From positions 17,082 to 81,081 of the forward strand of contig MGTZ01000009.1 of the NCBI GenBank assembly GCA_001799715.1: 64,000 nt of DNA, in the 5' to 3' direction. The notes beneath the pieces are model-generated. The model was given only the letters and a program-made list of their open reading frames with translations. It did not search any database and was not told the DNA's origin. This document shows, piece by piece, positions 40,493-50,479 of this stretch (position 1 is its first letter; each line of letters begins with the position of its first letter). The DNA comes from Elusimicrobia bacterium GWB2_63_16. Its GTDB lineage: Bacteria; Elusimicrobiota; Elusimicrobia; Elusimicrobiales; UBA9959. Position numbers and translations under genes: made by a program.

Positions 40493-40761
40493 AGTTCCGG
40501 GCCGTTAAAAATGTGCTGTGCCTCGCCTTCGCGGTAGTCGCCGCGGGGGCCTGGGACCTGCATATGCTGGGCCCCGCCCACGAGGCGGGGGAGAGCTGCC
40601 AGGTCTGCTCCGTAGCTGGCTCGCCGGAACTCAACGCCGACTGCGGCGGCAGGCTGCTGGTCCGCCCCGACAATTTTGTGCTGAACGAGGCCGCCCTCCC
40701 CGGGCTGCCGGCTGAAACTCCATTCATAGCGGCCTTCCTCGGCCGCGCCCCTCCCCGCTAA
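40483..40761 (+). CDS. Possible small exported Cys-containing protein
   Basis: 92-aa ORF with a hydrophobic N-terminus (VLCLAFAVVAAGA), overlapping the upstream gene end by 10 nt. No other support. Confidence 0.3.
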   Translation: MFMKFRAVKNVLCLAFAVVAAGAWDLHMLGPAHEAGESCQVCSVAGSPELNADCGGRLLVRPDNFVLNEAALPGLPAETPFIAAFLGRAPPR

Positions 40762-40852
40762 AAAGGTAGTTGCTGCCTGCAATTAATAACCTGTCCTCCC
40801 AAAGGTGCCTGGTACCTTTGGGGGTGTGCGGACATAATTAGAAGGGAGATTT

Positions 40853-41995
40853 ATGAGAAAAATAATAGCTATAGCTTTGGTTTTTGGCGCTTGCGGCCTG
40901 GCCGCGGCGCAGGAGGCCGGCACGCCGCCGCAGGGGATGCGCGGTACGGCGGCGAACCTGCCGGACATCAGCGCCTTGGCCAATATAACCGGTTATCTCA
41001 GCGACGATAAGAACGACAGCGCCCGCAACGAGCTGGGAGTGAACGAGGTCGAAACGGCCTTCCAGGGCTATATCTACCCTGAAATGCGCGCCGACATCAT
41101 TCTGGCCATACACAAACACGATGGGGAATATGAAAGCGAGATCTGCGAGGCCAAAGCGAGCTTCCTGAACCTGGCGCCGGGCCTGTCCGGCGAACTGGGC
41201 AAGATCCACCTGGACTTCGGGCGCATCAACAAGCTGCACACCCATCACCTGCCGATGGTGGATAAGCCGGCCGTGCTCACGAACTTTTTCGGCGACCACG
41301 AACTGGCCGGCCAGGGCGGCACGCTGAAGTACCTGCTGCCGTTCATGCCGTTCTACACGCAGTTGCAGGCCGGCGCCTGGACCATGGCGGCCCATGAGCA
41401 CGGGGTCACGGCGGATTACCCGGAGGACGTGCTGACCATAACCGGGTCCACGGTCTCTGTGCCTTCGCTGGTGCACGCGGATGAGGACTTCTCTCCGGCC
41501 GGGAAAACATACACGGCCCGCCTGAATTCCTCTTTCGAAGTGGCCGACAAGACCGAACTGGAGCTGGGCGTGAGCGGCCTGAAGGGGCGCGGCGCGCATT
41601 ACGAGGAGCACAAAGATAACGTGGAAGTTACCGGCGCGGACCTCACCCTGCGCCTCTGGCCTTCCGCCTATAAGCGGTTCACCTTCCAGAACGAGTGGAT
41701 GCACCTTAAGCGCGTGGTGCCGGCCGGTACCCTTCACCGCGACGGCTTCTACTCTTTCCTGAACTACCGCGCGGACAAGTACTGGGACTTCGGCGCGCGC
41801 TTCGACTACGCCGAAGGCGCCTGGCCCACGATAAGCTATGAGCGCGCGCTGTCGGCCATGGTTACCCGCCACCTCACCGAAACCTCGTACTGGCGCCTGC
41901 AGTACAAGCACCGCAACCTCGACGGCGAGAATGTCAACGAGGGCTGGGTGCAGGTGTCTTTCGGCATAGGCCCGCACAGCCACGAACTGGAGTAA
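40853..41995 (+). CDS. Putative outer-membrane beta-barrel protein with His-rich motifs
   Basis: Signal peptide MRKIIAIALVFGACGLAAAQ, strand-like alternation and the His clusters HKHDGEYE, HTHHLP, AAHEHG, GPHSHELE. Sits directly upstream of a Znu/Tro-type binding protein. Confidence 0.55.
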   Translation: MRKIIAIALVFGACGLAAAQEAGTPPQGMRGTAANLPDISALANITGYLSDDKNDSARNELGVNEVETAFQGYIYPEMRADIILAIHKHDGEYESEICEAKASFLNLAPGLSGELGKIHLDFGRINKLHTHHLPMVDKPAVLTNFFGDHELAGQGGTLKYLLPFMPFYTQLQAGAWTMAAHEHGVTADYPEDVLTITGSTVSVPSLVHADEDFSPAGKTYTARLNSSFEVADKTELELGVSGLKGRGAHYEEHKDNVEVTGADLTLRLWPSAYKRFTFQNEWMHLKRVVPAGTLHRDGFYSFLNYRADKYWDFGARFDYAEGAWPTISYERALSAMVTRHLTETSYWRLQYKHRNLDGENVNEGWVQVSFGIGPHSHELE

Positions 41996-42002
41996 GGCTA
42001 TC

Positions 42003-42908
42003 ATGAAAATAATAATACTAACCGCCGCCGCGCTGGCCTGCTGGGCCGGCGCCGCGCGCGCGGAAATAAAAGTGGTGACCGCCTCCAGCGACCTTAAGTA
42101 TATCTGCGAACGGGTGGGTGGCGCGGAGGTGAAGGCGGAGAGCCTGGCCTCCGGAGACCAGGATCTGCACATGGTGGAGCCGCGCCCCAGCCTGGTCTAC
42201 AAGCTCAAGAAAGCGGACCTGGTGGTGCGCGTGGGGCTGGACCTGGATATGTGGGTGGACAGCCTTATAAACGCGGCCCGCAATAAGCGGCTGTTCTACG
42301 GCAAGGAAGGCTATGTGGACGCCTCGGCGGGGGTGCCGCTGCTGGAGAAGCCGGAGGGAAAGGTTGACGCCTCCATGGGCGACATACACATCTACGGCAA
42401 CCCGCATTACTGGCTGGACCCGGCGAACTCGAAAATAATGGCTGCCAATATCCTGGCCGGCTTCAAGCGGGCCGCTCCTGACAAGGCCGGCGTCTTCGAG
42501 GCCAACTACGCCGCCTTCGTGAGGGAGCTGGACGAAAAAATGGCCGGCTGGCAGGCCCGCATGGCGAGATATAAGGGGCTGAAGGTGATAACCTACCACA
42601 GTTCCTGGCCCTACTTCGCCAGGCGCTTCGGTCTGGACGTGGCCGGCCACGTGGAGCCAAAGCCGGGCATACCGCCTACCGCTGCGCACCTGGACGGCCT
42701 GGTGAAGAAGATGAAGGCTGAGAACATAAAAGTAATACTGACGGAGAGCTACTACCCGCGCAGGGGCCCCGACTTCCTGGCCGGAAAAACGGGCGCGGTC
42801 GTGGTCCCCGCGGCGGTCAGCGCCGGAGGGGCGAGGGACGTTAAGACCTACTTCGACGTGTTCGACCGGGTTATCGAGGACCTGGAAAAATCCGCCGGGA
42901 ATAAATAA
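42003..42908 (+). CDS. Metal ABC transporter substrate-binding protein (ZnuA/TroA cluster-9 family)
   Basis: Signal peptide and DLHMVEPRPS, GDIHIYGNPHYWLDP, YHSSWPYFA motifs typical of ZnuA/TroA-type SBPs. Confidence 0.8.
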   Translation: MKIIILTAAALACWAGAARAEIKVVTASSDLKYICERVGGAEVKAESLASGDQDLHMVEPRPSLVYKLKKADLVVRVGLDLDMWVDSLINAARNKRLFYGKEGYVDASAGVPLLEKPEGKVDASMGDIHIYGNPHYWLDPANSKIMAANILAGFKRAAPDKAGVFEANYAAFVRELDEKMAGWQARMARYKGLKVITYHSSWPYFARRFGLDVAGHVEPKPGIPPTAAHLDGLVKKMKAENIKVILTESYYPRRGPDFLAGKTGAVVVPAAVSAGGARDVKTYFDVFDRVIEDLEKSAGNK

Positions 42909-42959
42909 GCTAAGCTCCCGGGGCGGCGGGGCCGCCCCGGGGCGCTTTCAAAGGAATTT

Positions 42960-43832
42960 ATGCTCGAAATAATGCTGCCGGCCATAGCCGCGGCCGTGAT
43001 ACTGGTGGGGATACACGCTTACCTGGGCATACACATACTCGCCCGCGGTGTGATCTTTGTGGACCTGGCCCTGGCGCAGATCGCCGCGCTGGGCGCCATC
43101 ACCGGGGTGCTGTTCGGCCTGCAAATGCATACTACCGGCTCTTACCTGGCGTCGCTCTTGGCCACGTTCCTGGGCGCCGGCGTGTTTGCCCTGACGCGCG
43201 GCAAAAAGACCACGGGCGCCATGCAGGAGGCGGCCATCGGCATAGTGTACGTGGTATCGGCGGCGCTGGCCGTAATGGTGCTGGACCGCCTGCCGGGAGA
43301 GGCCGAGCATCTAAAAGGGATGCTGGTGGGCAATATCCTGTTCGTCACGTGGCCGCAGGTGGCCAAGACCGCCGTTCTTTACGCCGCGGTGGGTTTGGCC
43401 CATTACCTGTTCCGCGCGCGGTTCACGGCCATTTCGTTCTGCCCCGCCTCGGCGGCGGCCGGAGGCCTGGACGTGAAACTGTGGGACTTCCTCTTCTACG
43501 CCCTGTTCGGTTTTGTGGTGACGAGTTCGGTGGAACTGGCCGGCGTGCTGCTGGTGTTCACCTTCCTGATAATCCCCGCGGTGTCGGCGGGTCATTTCGC
43601 CTCTTCACTGAAAGGGCGCATCTGGCTGGGCTGGGCGATGGGCGTTATAACCAGCCTGGCCGGCATAGCCGCCTCGGCCGCTTATGATCTGCCCACCGGC
43701 CCCGCCATAGTCTGCGCCTTCGGTGCGCTGGCGTTGTTGTCTTTCTGCGCGGGCAAGCTGCTGCGACCGCGCGAACCGGCGGCCGCTGACGGGGAGATGG
43801 TACAGGCTCCCGATCCCGGCCTGCCGCACTAA
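42960..43832 (+). CDS. Metal ABC transporter permease (ZnuB/TroCD, ABC-3 family)
   Basis: About 8 TM helices and an N-terminus ...GIHAYLGIHILARGVIFVDLALAQIAALG typical of ABC-3 permeases. Confidence 0.8.
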   Translation: MLEIMLPAIAAAVILVGIHAYLGIHILARGVIFVDLALAQIAALGAITGVLFGLQMHTTGSYLASLLATFLGAGVFALTRGKKTTGAMQEAAIGIVYVVSAALAVMVLDRLPGEAEHLKGMLVGNILFVTWPQVAKTAVLYAAVGLAHYLFRARFTAISFCPASAAAGGLDVKLWDFLFYALFGFVVTSSVELAGVLLVFTFLIIPAVSAGHFASSLKGRIWLGWAMGVITSLAGIAASAAYDLPTGPAIVCAFGALALLSFCAGKLLRPREPAAADGEMVQAPDPGLPH

Positions 43833-43887
43833 ATGTTATCATAGTGGTCTGCTCTCCGCCGTAAAGACGGCTGCGGGGACTACCGCC

Positions 43888-45687
<1,800 letters not shown>

Positions 45688-45734
45688 GCCTCTTCTTGAT
45701 TGCGGTCCGCTCCGACAAATATTAGAATTGTCCC

Positions 45735-46685
45735 ATGATATCCCCCGCTCTTTGCGTCCTGCTGGCGCTGTTCGCCAGCCCCGCCGTTGCCGCGCCCGGC
45801 GCCGTTGAAACTGCCATACGCGGCCTCTACTCCGAAAAAAACGAAGTCAGGGCGGCGGCGCTGCGTACCCTTTCTTCAGTAAAACCGGGTGCGGAGACCA
45901 GGCAGGTGCTGGACGGCTTCAGCGCCGAGCTGGCCTGCGCCGCCAAAGAGCCCCGTCCGGCTAAATGCCACGCGCCGGAGTTCGTGCGCGGCGTGCTGCT
46001 GGCGGCTGGAGCGCTGGCGAAGAAGGACGATACGCTGCCCTGGGATTTCCTGGTGGGCCTGGCCAGTGGGCGCTCGTCTACGGATGGCTCCTTTTTTCAG
46101 GACAAGGACGCTCTCGGGGAGCAGGATTTCAGGGACAACGACTATTATAGCCCGCCGGACGGCGACGGGCAGCGGGCGGAACTACAGAAACTGCTGGATG
46201 AAGTCATGAAGGGCGCCGGCATCGTGCCCTCTTGCGACTGGCCGCTGGAGCGGGTGCGGGCGCGAGCGAAGAAGGCGCAGGTTCAAGGCGGGTACCAGGT
46301 GTATTCTTATTCCCGGGATTATTCGGGCGCCGGCCTGCAGGAGCAGTACGGCGTGACCTATGCGCAGAACTGGATCTACCGCGGCGAGGAGCGCGCCTAC
46401 TGCGGGCCAGCTTCGCGCGTCATCTCCTTCGGCAAGGCGGGCCCGCTGGCCGCCGAGATCATAGACCTGTCCGGTGAGGAGCCGGCCTACAGTATAAGCC
46501 TCTACGACCTGGCCGGGAAAAAGACGTTGTGCTCCTACGGCGTTAACGTGGATTCCACCGAGGCCGGGGAGCTGTTCGACCTCGGTGAACTTGGCCCGGA
46601 TAAACTGATAGCGGCCCTGTTCGCGCTGGACAAAGGCTCGTGCCGCCCCCGAAAGCTGAAGGGCTGCCTGTTCACGCCCAATTAA
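45735..46685 (+). CDS. Exported hypothetical protein
   Basis: Signal peptide MISPALCVLLALFASPAVAA in a 316-aa ORF with coding-like composition. No family recognised. Confidence 0.5.
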   Translation: MISPALCVLLALFASPAVAAPGAVETAIRGLYSEKNEVRAAALRTLSSVKPGAETRQVLDGFSAELACAAKEPRPAKCHAPEFVRGVLLAAGALAKKDDTLPWDFLVGLASGRSSTDGSFFQDKDALGEQDFRDNDYYSPPDGDGQRAELQKLLDEVMKGAGIVPSCDWPLERVRARAKKAQVQGGYQVYSYSRDYSGAGLQEQYGVTYAQNWIYRGEERAYCGPASRVISFGKAGPLAAEIIDLSGEEPAYSISLYDLAGKKTLCSYGVNVDSTEAGELFDLGELGPDKLIAALFALDKGSCRPRKLKGCLFTPN

Positions 46686-46688
46686 CCA

Positions 46689-46880
46689 CTAACATTCCTT
46701 GAGCCCGAGCTTCCGGAAGAACCAGATGGCCGGGCACCACCGGGTGAAAGCCGACTGCAGCAGGTTCAGCCCGACGAAGACCGTCAGCCAGTACCAGCGC
46801 GGGTCGGCGTAAACCGCCAGGCCCACGCTCAGCAGCACCATCGTTCCCGCCAGCAGCCTCAACGCGTCATTTAATTTCAT
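46689..46880 (-). CDS. DUF2892-type small membrane protein (YgaP-like TM hairpin)
   Basis: 63 aa with RLLAGTMVLLSVGLAV...WLTVFVGLNLLQSAFTRWCP, the characteristic DUF2892 pattern. Confidence 0.7.
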   Translation of the reverse strand: MKLNDALRLLAGTMVLLSVGLAVYADPRWYWLTVFVGLNLLQSAFTRWCPAIWFFRKLGLKEC

Positions 46881-46892
46881 CTCATCCTCCTG

Positions 46893-46999
46893 AAAACTAG
46901 GGACAGCGCCCTATTTAAAAACTAGGGACAGCGCCCTGTTTTGCCTCGAGAAGTTCTTGTTAAAACGCACTAAATTAATAGGGCGCTGTCCCTAGTTTG
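46893..46999. repeat. REP/BIME-like cluster: three copies of a 19-20-nt self-hairpin unit (two direct, one inverted)
   Basis: AAAACTAGGGACAGCGCCCT at 46893-46912 and 46918-46937, with its exact reverse complement AGGGCGCTGTCCCTAGTTT at 46980-46998. Each unit contains an AGGG-ACAGCG-CCCT mini-hairpin. Confidence 0.8.
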
Positions 47000-47007
47000 T
47001 TCCTGGT

Positions 47008-50000
47008 TTATTCGCCGGTGGCGCCGAGCAGGTCTTCGCGCACTTCCGGCTCGGCCTGCCGGGGCTTCAATTTGTATTCCTGGTCCTTGAAGGCCAGGAA
47101 GTAGAGTACGGGTACGGCCACGCGGCTCAAGAGCGTGGCGGCTATCTGGCCGGCTATCAGCGAGATGGCCAGGCCCTGGAAGATGGGGTCGAACAGTATG
47201 ACGCCCGCCCCGACGATAACGGCCAGCGCCGTCAACAGCATGGGGCGGAAGCGCACCACGCCGGCCTCTATCACGGCCTCCTTGAGCTCCATGCCCTCGC
47301 GCACCTTCAGATTGATGAAGTCCACCAAAATGATGGAGTTGCGCACCACGATGCCCGCCGAAGCTATGAAACCTATCATCGACGTGGCGGTGAAGAAGGC
47401 GCCCATACCCCAATGGGCCGGGATGATGCCGATGAGCGCCATCGGGATGGCGGCCATGATGATGAACGGCGTGAGGAAGTCCTCGAACCAGGCCACTACG
47501 AGGATGTAGATGAGCACCAGCACCATGGCGAAGGCCAGGCCCAGGTCCCGGAACACCTCGTAGGTGATATGCCACTCACCGTCCCACTTGATGGCCGTCT
47601 CGGCATTGCTGAGCGGCTGGCGGGTGAAGTACTGCTTCACTTCGGCCCCCCGGGTGGCGGACAACTCGTCTATCTTCTTCTTCAGGTCCAGCACCGCGTA
47701 CACCGGGCTCTCCGTGCCGCCGGCGATGTCGGCGGTGACATAGGCCACGCGCTGCAGGTTCTTGCGGTAGATGGGCCGGTTCTCCAGGCCGCTCTCGGCC
47801 CGCACGAAGCTGGCCATGGGGATGGCCGTGCCGTTGGGCGAGAAGAACTTGATCTCCTTAAGGGTGTTCAGTTCCCGGCGCTTCTCCGGCGAGAGGCGCA
47901 GGCGGATGTCCACGGCCTCGTTCTCGTCGTCCACGTGGGCCGAGTCTATGTCGGCGCCGTTGAGGGAGAGGCCGGCGGTCTGAACTATGTCCGCGGCCGC
48001 CACGCCGTTAAGCGTGGCCTTCTGCCTGTCCACCAGCAGCCGGGTTATCGGCTGGTCCTCGGGGATGTAGGAGTCGACGTCGACTATGCCCTCCGTATTC
48101 TTGAGGATGTTCTTGATCTGCTCGGCCAGCGCGCGCTGGTTCTTGGGGTTGGGGTCGAAGACCTCCACCAGCAGGGTGGCCATGACGGGCGGGCCCGGCG
48201 GCACCTCGGCCACCTGCAGCCTGGCGCCGTATTTGTCGGCAATGGCCTTGAGCGGCGGGCGCACGGCCACGGCGATGTCGTGGCTCTGGCGCTTGCGGTC
48301 GTGCTTGTCGGAGAGGTTCACCTGTATGTCGGCCTGGTAGGGTTCGCGGCGCAGGAAGTAATGCCGCACCAGGCCGTTGAAGTTGTACGGGGCGCTGGCG
48401 CCGGCGTACACCTGCAGGTCGCGCACCTCCGGCACCCCGGCCAGGTAGGCGGCCATTTCGCCCGCGGCGCGCTCGGTGCGCTGCAGCGAGGAGCTCTCGG
48501 GCATGTTAATGACCACCTGGAACTCGTTCTTGTTGTCGAAGGGCAGCGTCTTGAAGATGACCAGCCTGAAGGCCACCATGGCCAGCACCACGGCCAGCAG
48601 GCCGGCGGTGAACCACAGGAATTTCTTGCCGTTGGCCGGGTTGTAGATGAGCTTCTTCATCAGGCCGCGGTACATCCTGTCGAGAAAGCCCTCGCGTTCG
48701 TTATGGCAGTGCTTGAGCGGCCACTTCTCCACCACGCGGGCGTACAGCCACGGCGCGAAGGCGAAAGCCACGCCCAGCGAGAACAGCATGGCCACCGAGG
48801 CGCCGATGGGGATGGGGCGCATGTAGGGGCCCATCATGCCGCTGACGAAAGCCATGGGCAGGATGGACGCGATCACGGTCCAAGTGGCGAGTATGGTCGG
48901 GTTGCCCACCTCGTCCACGGCGTTGAGGATGTTGCGGTACAGGGAGTTCTTCCTGTTCATCACGCAGTGCCGGTTGATGTTCTCCACCACCACGATGGCG
49001 TCGTCGACGAGGATGCCGATGGAGAAGATCAGCGCGAACAGCGTGATGCGGTTGAGGGTATAGCCGTAGAGATAGTAGACCAGCAGCGTGAGGGCCAGCG
49101 TGACCGGGATGGCCACCAGCACCACCGCCGCCTCGCGCAGGCCCAGCGTCAGGGCAATCAACAGCGTTACGGAGAGCGTGGCCAGCAGCATGTGGTAGAT
49201 CAGTTCGTCGCTCTTGGCCTTGGCCGTCTCGCCGTAGTTGCGCGTGACGGTGACGTTGATGCCGTCGGGGATCTCGCGGCCCTTCATGGCCTCCACCTTG
49301 GCGAGTATTTCGCGCGAGACCTCGGTGGCGTTGGCGCCGCGGCGCTTGGCCACGGAGAGGGTGACGGCGGGCGAGGCCGCGGCGGCCTTCACGGCCGAGG
49401 CCGGGCCCTGCAGCATGGTGACGGAGCGTTCGTCCTCGTCGGGGCCGTCCGTGATCTTGGCCACTTCCGAAAGCTTCACGGGCCGCCCGTCGTAAACGCC
49501 CACCACTATGTTGCGCAGGTCGTCGGCGCTGCGGATGAAGGCGTCGGTCTCGGCCAGCAGGCGGGTGTCGCCCTTGTTGTAGTGGCCGGCCGGCAGCGTG
49601 GCGTTGGACATCTTGATGATGCCGGCGAGCATGGGCGGCGTCAGGCGGTGGCGGGCAATGGAGGCCGGGTCGAAATGTACTATGAACTGGCGCTTATGGC
49701 CGCCTATGATGCGGGTCTCGGAGACGTTGGAGACGGAATTGATCTCGGTCTGGATGCGCGCGGCCGCCCGGCGCAGGGCGTAGCCGTCCCTGCCCTCGCC
49801 CCACAGCGTAAGGGCCAGCACGGGCACGTCGTCGATGGCGCGGTATTTTATCAGCGGCTCGCCGGTGCCGCGGGGGAAGATATCCTTATTGTCCAGCGTC
49901 TTGGTATAGACCAGGTTGGCCGCGGTCTCGGGGGCGGTGCCCACCTTGAAGCGCACGGTGAACATGGCGAAGTTGGGCTGGGCTATGGAGTAGATGTATT

Positions 50001-50262
50001 CCACGCCCGGGATCTCCCAGAGCTTGCGCTCGCCCACCTCCACCAGGTGCTTCTCTATCTCGTTGGGCGCGGCGCCGTAGAACGGCACCATGATGTCGAA
50101 CATGGGCACGTTGATCTGCGGCTCTTCCTCGCGCGGCAGCTTGAACGTGGAGAATACGCCCAGGAGTATGAAGGTGATTATCAATATGGGCGTCAGGCGC
50201 GAGCTGATAAAGCCCTCCGCCATTTTGCCCGCCATTCCGTATTTATGTTCGTTGTTCTGCAT
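47008..50262 (-). CDS. RND efflux transporter permease (AcrB/HAE-1-like)
   Basis: 1084 aa with a 12-TM / two-large-loop layout. The TM4 motif GILVDDAIVVVENI is AcrB-type rather than CzcA-type. Confidence 0.9.
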   Translation of the reverse strand: MQNNEHKYGMAGKMAEGFISSRLTPILIITFILLGVFSTFKLPREEEPQINVPMFDIMVPFYGAAPNEIEKHLVEVGERKLWEIPGVEYIYSIAQPNFAMFTVRFKVGTAPETAANLVYTKTLDNKDIFPRGTGEPLIKYRAIDDVPVLALTLWGEGRDGYALRRAAARIQTEINSVSNVSETRIIGGHKRQFIVHFDPASIARHRLTPPMLAGIIKMSNATLPAGHYNKGDTRLLAETDAFIRSADDLRNIVVGVYDGRPVKLSEVAKITDGPDEDERSVTMLQGPASAVKAAAASPAVTLSVAKRRGANATEVSREILAKVEAMKGREIPDGINVTVTRNYGETAKAKSDELIYHMLLATLSVTLLIALTLGLREAAVVLVAIPVTLALTLLVYYLYGYTLNRITLFALIFSIGILVDDAIVVVENINRHCVMNRKNSLYRNILNAVDEVGNPTILATWTVIASILPMAFVSGMMGPYMRPIPIGASVAMLFSLGVAFAFAPWLYARVVEKWPLKHCHNEREGFLDRMYRGLMKKLIYNPANGKKFLWFTAGLLAVVLAMVAFRLVIFKTLPFDNKNEFQVVINMPESSSLQRTERAAGEMAAYLAGVPEVRDLQVYAGASAPYNFNGLVRHYFLRREPYQADIQVNLSDKHDRKRQSHDIAVAVRPPLKAIADKYGARLQVAEVPPGPPVMATLLVEVFDPNPKNQRALAEQIKNILKNTEGIVDVDSYIPEDQPITRLLVDRQKATLNGVAAADIVQTAGLSLNGADIDSAHVDDENEAVDIRLRLSPEKRRELNTLKEIKFFSPNGTAIPMASFVRAESGLENRPIYRKNLQRVAYVTADIAGGTESPVYAVLDLKKKIDELSATRGAEVKQYFTRQPLSNAETAIKWDGEWHITYEVFRDLGLAFAMVLVLIYILVVAWFEDFLTPFIIMAAIPMALIGIIPAHWGMGAFFTATSMIGFIASAGIVVRNSIILVDFINLKVREGMELKEAVIEAGVVRFRPMLLTALAVIVGAGVILFDPIFQGLAISLIAGQIAATLLSRVAVPVLYFLAFKDQEYKLKPRQAEPEVREDLLGATGE

Positions 50263-50323
50263 TGTATGCTCCTAGAACTTGCCGCTTTGAATGTATTCTG
50301 TGCAGCTCTTGTCGGTCCGGACA

Positions 50324-50459
50324 GGGTATGCCTTCGTAGGGGCCCGCCAAGGGTACGCCTTCTCCGGGTACGCTCGGCCACACCGTGGCCTCGCTCTTTC
50401 GCTCCGGTTCGGCGCTTAAGCAAGCCTCACCTCCGCGAGGCCCCTCCGAAGGCATACCC
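50324..50459. repeat. Palindromic intergenic element, copy B
   Basis: Terminal inverted repeats GGGTATGCCTTCGTAGGGGCC (50324-44) and GGCCCCTCCGAAGGCATACCC (50439-59) match at 20/21. The internal core is colinear with copy A (CACACCGTG, TCGGCGCTTA, GCAAGCCTC, CTCCG-GAGG, CCGAA, CATACC in the same order and spacing). Confidence 0.7.
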
Positions 50460-50479
50460 TCGGCGGGCCTTGGGATTTT

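Noticed and set aside
46893-46999. Possible miniature CRISPR array (repeated 19-20-mers).
   Set aside because: There are only three copies, one of them inverted, with irregular spacers of 5 and 42 nt and no cas genes. The pattern fits REP/BIME-type extragenic palindromes better.
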